A stretch of 54,601 nucleotides of DNA, from positions 1 to 54,601 of the forward strand of contig JAFLCH010000002.1 of NCBI GenBank assembly GCA_017303775.1, read 5' to 3'. Both the position numbers and the translations under genes were made by a program. Positions 44,862 through 54,601 of this stretch are shown here, piece after piece (within the stretch, counting starts at the first letter, position 1; every line of letters starts with the position of its first letter). The DNA is from Anaerolineae bacterium (GTDB lineage Bacteria; Chloroflexota; Anaerolineae; Aggregatilineales; Phototrophicaceae). A model generated the notes under the pieces. The model worked only from the letters and a program-made list of their open reading frames with translations, was not told the origin of the DNA and made no database searches.

Positions 44862-45458
44862 GTGAGTGCCACATATCAGATGCGCGCAAATTGGGCGCGA
44901 ATCATCTCCAATCTTCTCAGCCCGCCGATGGTTTGGGCGGTAATGGTTTTCCCTATTGCCTTTCGCTATGCTGAAACGCGGTCGCAGGGGATGATCTGGG
45001 CGCTCACCTACGGCATACTCGTTTGCCTTCTCCCCATCCTCTACATCGCGTGGATGGTCAAACGCGGGCGCATCGGTGACCTGCACATGAAAGAGCGCCA
45101 CGAGCGCATCGGCCCATTCATCGTGTCTATCGTCTGCACTGCCCTCGCGTGGCAAACCCTGCGCATGATGGGCGCGCCGTCCATCCTGCCCTTGATCGCT
45201 GGTGTCACGCTGGTACAGCTCACCGTCATGACCCTCATCACTCTCGTCTGGCAAATCAGCATGCACGCCATGAGTGTCATGGTTGCCGTTGTGGCAACCG
45301 GTGTCGTCTTCGGCACTGGCCCTGCGTTAGCAGTCTTTCCCCTCGTCCCCATCGTCGGTGCAGCCCGCCTCAAACTACAGCGCCACACCCTCGCGCAGGT
45401 GATCGCCGGCGCAGCCGTTGGTGCGCTTATCCCCCTCATCGTCCTCGCCGTTATCTAA
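44862..45458 (+). CDS. PAP2-like membrane protein
   Basis: Multiple TM segments; ISMHA and RLKLQRHTLAQV motifs. Confidence 0.75.
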   Translation: MSATYQMRANWARIISNLLSPPMVWAVMVFPIAFRYAETRSQGMIWALTYGILVCLLPILYIAWMVKRGRIGDLHMKERHERIGPFIVSIVCTALAWQTLRMMGAPSILPLIAGVTLVQLTVMTLITLVWQISMHAMSVMVAVVATGVVFGTGPALAVFPLVPIVGAARLKLQRHTLAQVIAGAAVGALIPLIVLAVI

Positions 45459-45469
45459 CGCATATAAAC

Positions 45470-45503
45470 AAAAAGGGATGCGCTCATTGAGGCATCCCTT
45501 TTA
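45470..45503. terminator. Bidirectional intrinsic terminator
   Basis: AAAAGGGATGC...GCATCCCTTTT between convergent genes. Confidence 0.8.
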
Positions 45504-45522
45504 TTTGTGTATGGATCTTTAC

Positions 45523-46950
45523 TTATCCCGTCACCGGAATCCGTGCTAATTCGGCATTAGGCTGTATCTGCGTGTAAAACGCGCTCACCCAACCAACCAC
45601 GCCGCCAGCATTAATCTGCCACCAACTGTTGTTCGCGTTCCGCCCCACCACACGCGCCTGTTCATTCCGCAGGAGTTTCGCCAGAATGGAACCGCTCGTC
45701 GCTGGAGCATTACGGATATTCACGTTCGTCAGCGCCGTCAGGTTGTAACCTGTGTCCACCGGTTGAGCCACCGACGGGCTGCTGCTCGTCACAACTTGCA
45801 CATTAGGGTTACCCCCAACCCGCACAAACCGCGATGATACCCAACCGTTCAAGCCGTTCACGCTGATCTGGTACCACGACCCATCTGCCGTCTTACCAAT
45901 CACCGGATACGTCTCATTCAGGTTGATCTTCGCGATGATCCCGCCGCTGGTGCTGGGGTTATCGCGCACATTCAGTCGCGCGGCAGTCACAGTCGCCGTC
46001 GTTCCGGTATTAACCGTCCCGCCACCTTGTCCTACCGGCGGGTTGACGATCACCGAGGAAATCCGCGATAGGTTGTAGTCAAGGAAAGCGTCCCCGCCCG
46101 CCTCATAAAATTCAACTTGGAAGTTGTGGTTTCCGGCAGTCAGGTTCAGCGGAACGCTGTATGTAACATTCGAGGCCGAATGCCACTCATTAATCGTCAG
46201 CACACCATCCACGTACACCCGCACACCATCATCCGCTCGTACCGTCAGTTGATACTGTCCGGCATCCAATGCCTGTGTGCTTGTCCAGCGTGCCGACCAA
46301 TTATCAGCCGGAATACTGGCAACCGGTGATCCGGAACCCCAGTTATGGCTCGGTGATGCCTCACTCTGGATCAACGTAGGTGATCCCGAAAGAGACGGAT
46401 TAGCATAATACTGTGCCGTCCATGCTCCATTATTCACATTCGAGTACGAAACCTGCGGAACGGGGAAGTTCGGCCCGCTGGCGCTCGCGCTCAACGGTGC
46501 CCAATTCACATACGCATACGCATTACCCGAAACTTCTTGATAATCGACACGGATCTTATGCACCCCGGCGGTCATATTCACATCTGCCGACACAATCTGC
46601 CCGATGGAGTTCTGTCCGAAAGTGCTCAGAATTGGCGTATACCCATCATCCAATGTAATGCGAATATAATCATCTGCCAGCGCCCAAAAACGATACGTCC
46701 CACCGTTGAACACCGTGATCGCTGTCCACCGAACCGAGAAGCCATCGCTGTTCACGCCTGATCCGGGTGCATTATTCCCCCAGTCAAACGCCAGTATATT
46801 GTCAGTACGGGTAAAGGCCGGGCTGCCTTGTAGATACGAATTGTTGTAGTATTCGCCCTGCCACGAAAAACTCTGTGCCATCGCTGGCTGTACCACGATC
46901 ACGCTCATCATGACCAACAGAAGCGTGAGAAGACCCCATTTCCGAAACAT
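45523..46950 (-). CDS. Secreted protein, 2x PA14 + 2x SH3b domains
   Basis: Signal peptide; W.GEYYNN..L.G.P, FSVRWT, ADDGVRV; LNVR..P and W.QI...G..GWVS repeats. AAGGAGGT RBS. Confidence 0.9.
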   Translation of the reverse strand: MFRKWGLLTLLLVMMSVIVVQPAMAQSFSWQGEYYNNSYLQGSPAFTRTDNILAFDWGNNAPGSGVNSDGFSVRWTAITVFNGGTYRFWALADDYIRITLDDGYTPILSTFGQNSIGQIVSADVNMTAGVHKIRVDYQEVSGNAYAYVNWAPLSASASGPNFPVPQVSYSNVNNGAWTAQYYANPSLSGSPTLIQSEASPSHNWGSGSPVASIPADNWSARWTSTQALDAGQYQLTVRADDGVRVYVDGVLTINEWHSASNVTYSVPLNLTAGNHNFQVEFYEAGGDAFLDYNLSRISSVIVNPPVGQGGGTVNTGTTATVTAARLNVRDNPSTSGGIIAKINLNETYPVIGKTADGSWYQISVNGLNGWVSSRFVRVGGNPNVQVVTSSSPSVAQPVDTGYNLTALTNVNIRNAPATSGSILAKLLRNEQARVVGRNANNSWWQINAGGVVGWVSAFYTQIQPNAELARIPVTG

Positions 46951-47114
46951 CACAGCTACCTCCTTACATAAACTCTGCTGCACCCTCGTCTCCATATAAC
47001 AACATTATACGAAATTTAGGCCCCCCTTTGGGCGCACCGTAGCCTAATCGTCAGGTGAACGTTTACAGGGCGAAGTACATTGTCGCTAAAACAGGACTGA
47101 AGTCCTACCCCAAT

Positions 47115-47975
47115 TCATCCGAGTGCGAGTGCGATCACACCAACCGACATCACAACAGCCGCTAGAATGCGTTTACGTCCCGCTGTTTCCGACAACAGTT
47201 TCGCGCCCAGAAAAGCACCAATCAAAATGCTCAACTGCCGCAGTGGAGCCAGTTGAGTCACTTGGCTGAAGGAAAGTGCGATCAGAAAAAGGATGTACGA
47301 CAGCGAGTCAAGAATGCCGATCCCGATCGCTTCTCGCCGGTGCTCGCGCCAATTATTGCGCACCCCATCCCAATGCTGTATCGCGTAAGGCAGCATGACC
47401 ACCGTCCGCACAGCCCCGCTCGCCCATGTCAGAATCAGGGGAGGAATCAAGAACACGCTCACAACTTGCTTGTCCCACAGCGTATAGGCTGCAATCGAAC
47501 ACGCCACCAGCAGCCCGTATACCACCGCCGTCAAAGCATGACTTTGGCTGCCGTTGAACGGATTACCGGTGATGACAAAGACCCCTGCCACAATCAGCAG
47601 CATCCCCGCCACATCAATCGGGGAAGGTCGCTCGCCCAACAGCAGCACCGCCCCCACCACTGATAACATCGGCCCCGCCCCGCGCGACAGTGGGTAAATC
47701 AACGACAAATCTCCCACCCGGTACGCTCGATTCAGCAGCATGTAATAAGCGATATGGAGCACGCAAGTGCCGCCAATCGCGCCCACTTCCGCCCAACCGA
47801 GTTGGATCTGCTGACTGAAGAGCATATACAACGCCAACGGGAAATAAATCACCGTCGCCAGCGCGCTAAACAGCCACACAAACGACGTATCACCGCTCAC
47901 CCGTTTGGCTAGAAAATTCCAATAAGCATGCAGCCCTGCCGAAACCAGAACCAGCCCGAACGCAAGTCCGGTCAT
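47115..47975 (-). CDS. EamA/DMT-family transporter
   Basis: SAGLHAYWN, GDLSLIYPLSRG, LLGE, YTLWDK, APLRQLS. Confidence 0.9.
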   Translation of the reverse strand: MTGLAFGLVLVSAGLHAYWNFLAKRVSGDTSFVWLFSALATVIYFPLALYMLFSQQIQLGWAEVGAIGGTCVLHIAYYMLLNRAYRVGDLSLIYPLSRGAGPMLSVVGAVLLLGERPSPIDVAGMLLIVAGVFVITGNPFNGSQSHALTAVVYGLLVACSIAAYTLWDKQVVSVFLIPPLILTWASGAVRTVVMLPYAIQHWDGVRNNWREHRREAIGIGILDSLSYILFLIALSFSQVTQLAPLRQLSILIGAFLGAKLLSETAGRKRILAAVVMSVGVIALALG

Positions 47976-47977
47976 AA

Positions 47978-49303
47978 TTATTCACATGCTTTCAGTGCGC
48001 CCAATTCAATCGTCCACAACCCGCTGTTCAGCCCGTTCGCGGCCAGCGCTATCGTATTGCTCTCTGGCGAAAGCCACCACCATGCCCGGTCATCACTCCC
48101 CGGTTGAATAGGCAGTGGCGAAAGCTCATGCAGGGTCTGCGTGCCTCGGTTAAAACACACCAGTTTCGCCCCATCTTCCGAAGGTACAGCCACAAGCACA
48201 TAGGCTCTGCCATCGCTGTCCAGTTCATACAGCGGCGCCGGCCAATTATTATCAGGTATTGGAGCATCAAACAGGAAGGTATAAGTCGGGTAGGCCGCCC
48301 GCTTCAAGTAATATCCTTTACGTCCGTCAATTTCTGCCGCGATCACAACGTTCTGCCCATCTGGGCTAGCCCCCGGTGTGATGAGTGACGGCAGGACATC
48401 CTTAGGTGACTCGCTCAACACCTGCCCATCCACACTCGCCGTAAAATAGGTCACCGGGTCAGCAACCGCCCCATAGTAATACGCCAGAAATCGTCCGTCA
48501 TCCAACCATGAAATCCCCTGTAGTGTCCGATCAGCCAATGCCTCAAACAGCACCCGTTTGAACGAACCATCCGGCTCAGCAGTGATAATCGTGTGCAGTT
48601 CCGTCTGGTAAACCATTCGCCGCGCGTTCGGGGCATAGCTCAACATCGACTGTTGGAAGTACAGTGGATCAACCAGCCCCAATTGAACTCGCAGTGCATC
48701 CCGCACGAGTTCGACCTTAGGGTGTTCAATCGGTTCTTGTAATCCTGTGCGTAGGTTATATTCTCGCCATTCCTGATCAATAAACAAATCGCGGTAGCAG
48801 CCCTCAGCAAATCGCAGGTTATCCTCGTCAATCCATTCCAATTTCACCACCTCGCGCTCGGAAACCTGTGTAATTCCCGGCAGCAGAGCAGGTGGGGCAG
48901 GCGCGTCAGCCTCAACCGCTTCCTGTTCAGTTACAATATCAACGCGGTCAACCTCGGCCTCGTCTGAATAAAGCTCCAGTGGAATAGCGTAATGTTCCAC
49001 ATCTCCCGGTTGCAGCACAAAATCCGGCAGCAGCGCCGCACCACAGGCGTTCACAACATATCCGAATCCCTCGCCCACAACACTCCCGCTGGCGTCATAA
49101 GCTGTGGCCGTCAAGCTGATGTTCGCGTAACCGACGCTCGATTCGTTCAGCACAGTGCCCTCAGCCGTCAGCACCGGCAGTCCAAAAACATCGATTTCAC
49201 TCACCAATTCCGGCGTTCCGACACTCAATTCACCTTCCTGCGCCGCAGCAACCACGACTCCGGTCAGCAGTAATCCACAGATCAGTAGTACATATGGGCG
49301 CAT
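47978..49303 (-). CDS. Secreted hypothetical protein (FxLYD-like N-terminal domain plus probable beta-propeller)
   Basis: Signal peptide; EGTVLN...ATAYDASGSVVG...LQPGD; SPDG and WLSPE blade-like motifs. Confidence 0.7.
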   Translation of the reverse strand: MRPYVLLICGLLLTGVVVAAAQEGELSVGTPELVSEIDVFGLPVLTAEGTVLNESSVGYANISLTATAYDASGSVVGEGFGYVVNACGAALLPDFVLQPGDVEHYAIPLELYSDEAEVDRVDIVTEQEAVEADAPAPPALLPGITQVSEREVVKLEWIDEDNLRFAEGCYRDLFIDQEWREYNLRTGLQEPIEHPKVELVRDALRVQLGLVDPLYFQQSMLSYAPNARRMVYQTELHTIITAEPDGSFKRVLFEALADRTLQGISWLDDGRFLAYYYGAVADPVTYFTASVDGQVLSESPKDVLPSLITPGASPDGQNVVIAAEIDGRKGYYLKRAAYPTYTFLFDAPIPDNNWPAPLYELDSDGRAYVLVAVPSEDGAKLVCFNRGTQTLHELSPLPIQPGSDDRAWWWLSPESNTIALAANGLNSGLWTIELGALKACE

Positions 49304-49529
49304 GAAGTCTCCTCACACATTGACTCCTCGACAATAACGTGATTCTAGACGGGTGCTCCGTTTTGTCGAGGTTCTTTAATTCCGCGCTTACCCGCGTCCG
49401 CGTCCCCCTAAAAATGAGGACACACTGAATAAACGATTATAGCTCCCTCCGCCCGACTGTTAGCATACTCGGAATCGTGTAAAATAGAGGTCACACAAAT
49501 TGATGAGTGTTCATCACAGGTTACAACTC

Positions 49530-51272
49530 ATGGATGGCTATAATTCACGACGCAATCAATCCAGCCGTGCGCGTGAACGACAAATGGCACGGCAGCGCCG
49601 CTCCAGTACCACTGCCCCATTGAAAGAAGCAATCACGGGCAGACTTTCGGGTATCGATATCTCACGTGTCAACACCGGTTGGCACACCCGCGCCGGCTAT
49701 GTCCTTCGCGATCTCGCATGGTATGTCACTCATACCCCCATCGTCATGATGGGCATAGGAGCATTAGCGGCACTCTTATTTGTAATCTTTGTCGCTACCC
49801 ATCTCTTTCAGGGTCGAATCTTTCCCAATGTTTGGGCGCTCGGAATCAATATCGGCGACCTAACCGTCGAAGAAGCGGCTGCCGTCCTTAATCAACATTG
49901 GGAAACCAGTTTCCAACTCGAAATTGTGGATGATCAGCGCACATGGTATGCCACGCCCAAGCAGCTTGGCCTCCGCTTAAATGCCATCAAAATCGCCGAG
50001 AATGCTCGCGGTGTCGGCCTCAGCGGCATCCCTATGGGCTATGGCATCCCACCTGTAGCTGAAATGGACTTTAACACCGCGCAAAATTACTTGCTCGATA
50101 TGACCACGGTGACTGATGTCCCTCCCAATAATGCTTCATATCAGATACAAGATGGGCAGGTCATCGGTGTGAATGGCAAAGAAGGGCGAGCCTTAGATGT
50201 TGCCGCCACCATGGACACTCTCGCAGATCTAACCGGGGTGGTGCAAAATCGTCGCTTCAACCTCACCATGGAAACCATCCTCCCTGACTACTTCGATCCT
50301 GAGCCTTACCTTGCCACCGTACAGAACATAGCGTCCCAAAATATCAGTCTGTCGGGCTATGACCCCTTTACTGATCAAACGGTAACATGGTCAACCACAC
50401 CCGACGTATTCGTATCATGGCTAGAAGTAGGTAACGGCGGCCTCGCCCTGCGTGAAGAAGCCTACGCTGCCTTCTTCAATGCCCAGAACCAATCCATCAG
50501 TTCCGGCCCCGGCCAACAGGTGCGCTACCTCGACCCTCGTGAAACCAGCGACCTGCTGACCGAAGCCATCCGCACCCAACAAACCAACGTCACCCTCCGC
50601 ATCCGTTACCGCGACACCAAATATGAAGTCGTGCGGGGTGATACCGCTTATCGCATCTCACGCAAAACCGGTATTCCCTTCTATCTCATTCAGGAAGCCA
50701 ATCCCGGTCGCAACTTAGACATTCTCTCGCCCGGCGATCTGCTCAACCTCCCCTCGAAAGATTTGGCAGTCCCGCTTAATCCGGTTCCAAACAAACGGAT
50801 CGTTGTAGACTTGGACACCCAAAGTCTGATTGCTTTTGAAAACGGTCAACCGGTCTTCAATTGGCTGATTTCTTCTGGCATGAGTCAGTACCCCACCTCG
50901 CCCGGCGTTTACCAGATTTTGAACCACGATCCGGAAGCGAGTGGCGGCAGTTTTACGCTCTGCAACGATCAAGGTTATAACTGCGGTTCATGGGAAATGT
51001 ACTGGTTCATGGGCATGTATGAAGTCGTCCCCGGCCTCATGAATGGTTTCCACGGTGCCGTACTCCTGCCCAACGGTAACCTCCTCGGCGGCGGCAGTGT
51101 AGGCAGCCCCTATACTTTTGGCTGCGTCATGTCGAACAACGATAATGCCAAGCTGCTCTACGACTGGGCAGATGAAGGAACAGTTGTAGAAATCATCTCA
51201 TCGGAATTCGCCCCCCAAAGCCCTCTCGGCGAAATGGCGCGCAGTCGGGTTTTCAATCCTAACGGCCTATAA
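49530..51272 (+). CDS. Membrane-anchored L,D-transpeptidase (PG-binding_4-like, LysM, YkuD domains)
   Basis: One TM helix; LysM YEVVRGDT...ANP...LSPGD.L.LP; YkuD RIVVDLDTQ, ISSG, TSPG, FHG...TFGCV. Confidence 0.88.
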   Translation: MDGYNSRRNQSSRARERQMARQRRSSTTAPLKEAITGRLSGIDISRVNTGWHTRAGYVLRDLAWYVTHTPIVMMGIGALAALLFVIFVATHLFQGRIFPNVWALGINIGDLTVEEAAAVLNQHWETSFQLEIVDDQRTWYATPKQLGLRLNAIKIAENARGVGLSGIPMGYGIPPVAEMDFNTAQNYLLDMTTVTDVPPNNASYQIQDGQVIGVNGKEGRALDVAATMDTLADLTGVVQNRRFNLTMETILPDYFDPEPYLATVQNIASQNISLSGYDPFTDQTVTWSTTPDVFVSWLEVGNGGLALREEAYAAFFNAQNQSISSGPGQQVRYLDPRETSDLLTEAIRTQQTNVTLRIRYRDTKYEVVRGDTAYRISRKTGIPFYLIQEANPGRNLDILSPGDLLNLPSKDLAVPLNPVPNKRIVVDLDTQSLIAFENGQPVFNWLISSGMSQYPTSPGVYQILNHDPEASGGSFTLCNDQGYNCGSWEMYWFMGMYEVVPGLMNGFHGAVLLPNGNLLGGGSVGSPYTFGCVMSNNDNAKLLYDWADEGTVVEIISSEFAPQSPLGEMARSRVFNPNGL

Positions 51273-51284
51273 CAACACCTTCTG

Positions 51285-51325
51285 CTAACAAAAAGGCGGA
51301 GATATGTGCTCCGCTTTTTTGTTAG
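51285..51325. terminator. Bidirectional-type intrinsic terminator
   Basis: CTAACAAAAAGGCGGAG-N7-CTCCGCTTTTTTGTTAG. Confidence 0.85.
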
Positions 51326-51589
51326 AGCTAGCTCACCACACCCGCTTTCAGCATGTTTTATTGTGCACCTTATATGAACTTTTGCCCGTTTTTTTGTCAC
51401 TACAAAACGTGCTTTGATAAGTAGTTTACACTTTACGTAAACCACAACAACTATTCGTTAACTATTTCACGAGGATTAACAACTCTTAACATCATTTTCA
51501 TTGTTGACTCATAAAAGAATGGCTGATTGTGTTATTCAGAATTATCGATAATTCCAAAAACGCCCTCCAAATGAGACTTCTAAAAGTAG

Positions 51590-51618
51590 TTGACTCTGGT
51601 GCGCGACCTTCATATACT
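51590..51618 (+). promoter_or_regulatory. Sigma70-type promoter
   Basis: TTGACT-17 bp-TATACT. Confidence 0.8.
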
Positions 51619-51624
51619 AACGAT

Positions 51625-51730
51625 AGAAAAATGAACCAAGCGCAGAGAACCAAATAAATTTCTTAAAATAATTTTTTACCTCTCTGCGCCCGAATTTCAA
51701 CGCTCTGTAACCTACAGAGCGTTTTTATTT
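51625..51730 (+). ncRNA. Candidate small RNA or attenuated leader (~105 nt)
   Basis: Bounded by a strong promoter and a terminator; internal stem GCGCAGAGA/TCTCTGCGC. No family recognised. Confidence 0.5.
51699..51730 (+). terminator. Intrinsic terminator
   Basis: AACGCTCTGTA-ACC-TACAGAGCGTT followed by TTTATTT. Confidence 0.85.
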
Positions 51731-51803
51731 CCTATTCCCGTGTTGTCCGTTTCAAGGTATCATTCGCACACTATTCTACTGCACCCCCGCATGGAGCAGC
51801 CCC

Positions 51804-53765
51804 ATGAGCAAAATCGCAAAGCCTTATGGCACTTGGTCTAGCGCAATCACCCCCCGCGCCATCAGCGAAGTCCTCAATTTGTCCGATGTTCAGTGGGATA
51901 ACCAGTCGGATACGCTCGTTTGGTCGGAAAATCGCGGCGCGCGCGGTGTTCTAGTCGCCCAATCCGCTGCTCAGGCCCCCCGTGATATCACCGAAGACTC
52001 AGTCCGTGCGCAGGTTGGCTACGGCGGTGGCAGCTTCACCGTTTCCCACGGGCACGTCTATTTCGCGGCCACCGGTGGTCGTCTTTACCGGCAGTCACTT
52101 ACCTCCGGTCAGTCCCGCCCCATCACTCCCGCCTTTGGTGCAGCAGCATCTCCGCGCCTCTCTGCTGATGGCAAGTGGTGCATCTACGTCCACTCATACG
52201 AAGGCACCGACGGCCTCGCCCTCGTGGATAGCAGCGGCGAAAGTTGGCCGCAAAAATTCGCCTATGGCACAGATTTTGTCATGCAGCCCGTCTGGCAGTC
52301 CACCGGCGAATACATCGCCTACATTGGATGGAATCATCCACAAATGCCATGGGACGGCACCGAACTACGCCTTGTCACCCTCGAATACCTCCGCGATGGC
52401 ACGCCCTATCCTGCTGCCATCTCGACCCTCGTCGGTGACCAACAAACCGCCATCATGCAGCCGGAGTTTTCACCGGACGGGCGCTTCCTTGCCTACATCA
52501 GTGATCAAACGGGTTGGAATCAACTCTACATCTACGACATCGCCACCCACACCCACACACGGCTCACCCACGCGCAAGCCGACTACGGCACACCAGCATG
52601 GATTCAAGGCATTCGCGTCTATGCGTGGGAAAATGACAGTCGCCACATCATCTGCACCAGCAGCGTCAATGGTTTCAAATCCCTTCAACGCATCGACATC
52701 CTGCACCCTCAAAATCAGCCGCAGCCGCTCATTGGGGTCGAACCCTACACCGACTTCTCTCAGCTTGCCATATCGCCGCTCACCAATCGCGCCGCCTGCA
52801 TCGCCGCCGCCCCCACCATCACGCCGCGCGTCATCAGCATCGACCTTCCACAATCAACCGTACCGCCAACCCTCGCCATAGATCCCGCCCTACCCGGTAC
52901 ACAGGTCTTGCTGAACGACTCACCCACAGCTCAGATACATCGCCGTGCCAGCACCGAAAACCTGCCGCCCGCAGCCCTCTCCAATCCCGAAGCCATCACA
53001 TGGGAAGGGCACGACGGAGAATCCGCGCACGGTCTCTACTATCCCCCTGCCAGTGAACGCTCCGAAGGCATCGGCGCGCCACCGCTCATCGTCTATGTAC
53101 ACGGCGGCCCCACCTCACAGGTCACCGCCACCTATTCCGGTGTGGCGCAATTCTTTGCCACGCGCGGTTACGCCGTGCTCATGGTCAACCATCGCGGTAG
53201 CACGGGCTATGGGCGCGACTACATGAACAAACTGCGTGGGAATTGGGGCGTCTATGATGTACAGGACTCCGCCACCGGCGCATCATACTTAGCGCAGCGC
53301 GGTTTAGCCGATCCCGGCAAATGTGTCATCATGGGCGGTAGTGCGGGCGGCTATACCGTCCTCCAATCGCTCGTAGATAAACCCGGCTTCTACAAAGCAG
53401 GTGTCTGCCTCTACGGCATCAGCAATCAATTCATGCTCGTCATGGATACCCACAAATTCGAGGAGCGCTATTCCGACTCGCTGCTCGGCGTGCTGCCACA
53501 GGCCGCCGATGTCTATCGAGATCGCTCCCCCCTCTATCACGCCCACAAAATCGTCGATCCGGTCATCATCTTTCAAGGCGAAGAGGATACCGTCGTACCC
53601 CGCAACCAATCGGATGCCATCGTCGAATCACTTCGGGCGCGGGGTGTTCCGCATCAATATCATGTCTACGCTGGTGAAGGTCACGGTTTCCGCAAACCGG
53701 AAACGCTGGAACACTACTACAACGCGGTAATCAAGTTTCTCACCCAATACGTCGTGTTTAGTTGA
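51804..53765 (+). CDS. S9 (prolyl oligopeptidase/acylaminoacyl peptidase) family peptidase
   Basis: PYGTWSS, beta-propeller, HGGP, catalytic GGSAGG, QGEED.VVP, EGHGF; GGAG RBS. Confidence 0.94.
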   Translation: MSKIAKPYGTWSSAITPRAISEVLNLSDVQWDNQSDTLVWSENRGARGVLVAQSAAQAPRDITEDSVRAQVGYGGGSFTVSHGHVYFAATGGRLYRQSLTSGQSRPITPAFGAAASPRLSADGKWCIYVHSYEGTDGLALVDSSGESWPQKFAYGTDFVMQPVWQSTGEYIAYIGWNHPQMPWDGTELRLVTLEYLRDGTPYPAAISTLVGDQQTAIMQPEFSPDGRFLAYISDQTGWNQLYIYDIATHTHTRLTHAQADYGTPAWIQGIRVYAWENDSRHIICTSSVNGFKSLQRIDILHPQNQPQPLIGVEPYTDFSQLAISPLTNRAACIAAAPTITPRVISIDLPQSTVPPTLAIDPALPGTQVLLNDSPTAQIHRRASTENLPPAALSNPEAITWEGHDGESAHGLYYPPASERSEGIGAPPLIVYVHGGPTSQVTATYSGVAQFFATRGYAVLMVNHRGSTGYGRDYMNKLRGNWGVYDVQDSATGASYLAQRGLADPGKCVIMGGSAGGYTVLQSLVDKPGFYKAGVCLYGISNQFMLVMDTHKFEERYSDSLLGVLPQAADVYRDRSPLYHAHKIVDPVIIFQGEEDTVVPRNQSDAIVESLRARGVPHQYHVYAGEGHGFRKPETLEHYYNAVIKFLTQYVVFS

Positions 53766-53786
53766 TGCAGGGGCGAGGCGCATAAC

Positions 53787-54236
53787 GTGGATTTAATAAG
53801 CATATTAGCGCTGCTCATCGTTTTATCAGTCGCCGCCGTCATGGTCTACGGCAAACTCCGCAGCGATGAGCGCGCCTTCAGCCGCCTCTATCAACCTGTC
53901 GATGAACATCTCCTCGACGATGACTCAGACCTCGGTAAGCAGGGTCTGATCGCCTTCGCCGGAGAAAGTGAATTCACCACCGAATCATTCACCCTCGCTG
54001 CCGGTCATTACAAACTCACCTACCGCTTCCCCGCCGGAGTCCTCACCCGTGTTGAACTCGCGTCCCATGATGGCACAGATCACGAGACGCTGGTCATCGC
54101 GCAGGGAGAAGGCCAGTCCGACTTTGAAGCCGCCGCTGGTCGCTACTTCTGCGTCATCGAACCCGCCGAAAACGACACATCATGGGAGATCGAAATCACC
54201 CCGCTGGCGCGCGGAGCAGCCCTGCCCGCGTCCTAA
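53787..54236 (+). CDS. Hypothetical membrane-anchored protein
   Basis: N-terminal TM helix, acidic linker, beta-rich domain (TESFTLAAGHY...AGRYF..IE...WEIEI). Confidence 0.7.
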   Translation: MDLISILALLIVLSVAAVMVYGKLRSDERAFSRLYQPVDEHLLDDDSDLGKQGLIAFAGESEFTTESFTLAAGHYKLTYRFPAGVLTRVELASHDGTDHETLVIAQGEGQSDFEAAAGRYFCVIEPAENDTSWEIEITPLARGAALPAS

Positions 54237-54237
54237 G

Positions 54238-54501
54238 TCACGAATACGCTTGCGGTTGTCCGATCTCCTGCACATCCACTGGCACACCATCTAACTCGTG
54301 CGGGATCAAATCGTTGCTGTCCAATTCGCTTACCGGCAGCTTCTGGTCGACCAGCACCACCAGACATACCTCGGCTGTATACTCGCCGCCCCGCTGTCGC
54401 AGGCCAATCGCCACCCCCACCACATGCGGAATCCGCAGCAGTTGCTCCGTGTATTTCGTCTGCACCAGCATAGCGCGGGCTGTCGCTTCATCATGTATCA
54501 T
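54238..54501 (-). CDS. Stand-alone protease-prodomain-like protein
   Basis: LLRIPHVVGVAIG...CLVVLVDQKLP..EL...DLIPHELDGVPVDVQEIG resembles the N-terminal domain of NAL1-like trypsin-fold proteases (from recall); GAGG RBS. Confidence 0.7.
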   Translation of the reverse strand: MIHDEATARAMLVQTKYTEQLLRIPHVVGVAIGLRQRGGEYTAEVCLVVLVDQKLPVSELDSNDLIPHELDGVPVDVQEIGQPQAYS

Positions 54502-54521
54502 CTTCGCCTCCCAACGGCGCG

Positions 54522-54601
54522 CTAGATATTCACTTGCAGCGCTGCCAGAACACGGTCAATCGGGTTAAAGATGGTCGAAAGGTTCGACCCCGCAAACAAC
54601 A
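54522..54601 (-). CDS. C-terminus of a trypsin-like (NAL1-type) serine protease, partial
   Basis: The minus frame reads LFAGSNLSTIFNPIDRVLAALQVNI* (TAG at 54522-54524); the gene extends beyond the window. Confidence 0.65.
   Translation of the reverse strand, partial: LFAGSNLSTIFNPIDRVLAALQVNI

Overview
A 54.6 kb, gene-dense bacterial chromosomal segment. Gene content (PA14-SH3 and WD40 secreted proteins, Uma2, GT-C/YfhO glycosyltransferases, REC-HK hybrid) suggests Chloroflexota, probably Anaerolineae; this is inference. It holds about 48 CDS: housekeeping genes (asnS, mmuM, ppc, sbcD, folC), a PadR-led molybdate uptake cluster, a TetR-yceI-pirin unit, an envelope glycosylation set, a Ugp-like ABC importer, an L,D-transpeptidase and an S9 peptidase. 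I saw no rRNA, tRNA, CRISPR array, prophage or intact transposase. The most notable signals are: (1) a variant ykkC-class riboswitch with an overlapping terminator, controlling an EamA transporter that sits between modA and modB; (2) a perfect-consensus promoter with a LexA-like box firing into a ~450 nt region of triplet-tract repeats and hairpins; (3) a self-contained ~105 nt sRNA candidate; (4) a tandem pair of unknown Cys-Cys paralogues with CRP-like and phased boxes; (5) a merR-atpD chimeric pseudogene; (6) a protease followed by a stand-alone prodomain-like gene. All family calls come from motif recognition by eye; no database searches were run.
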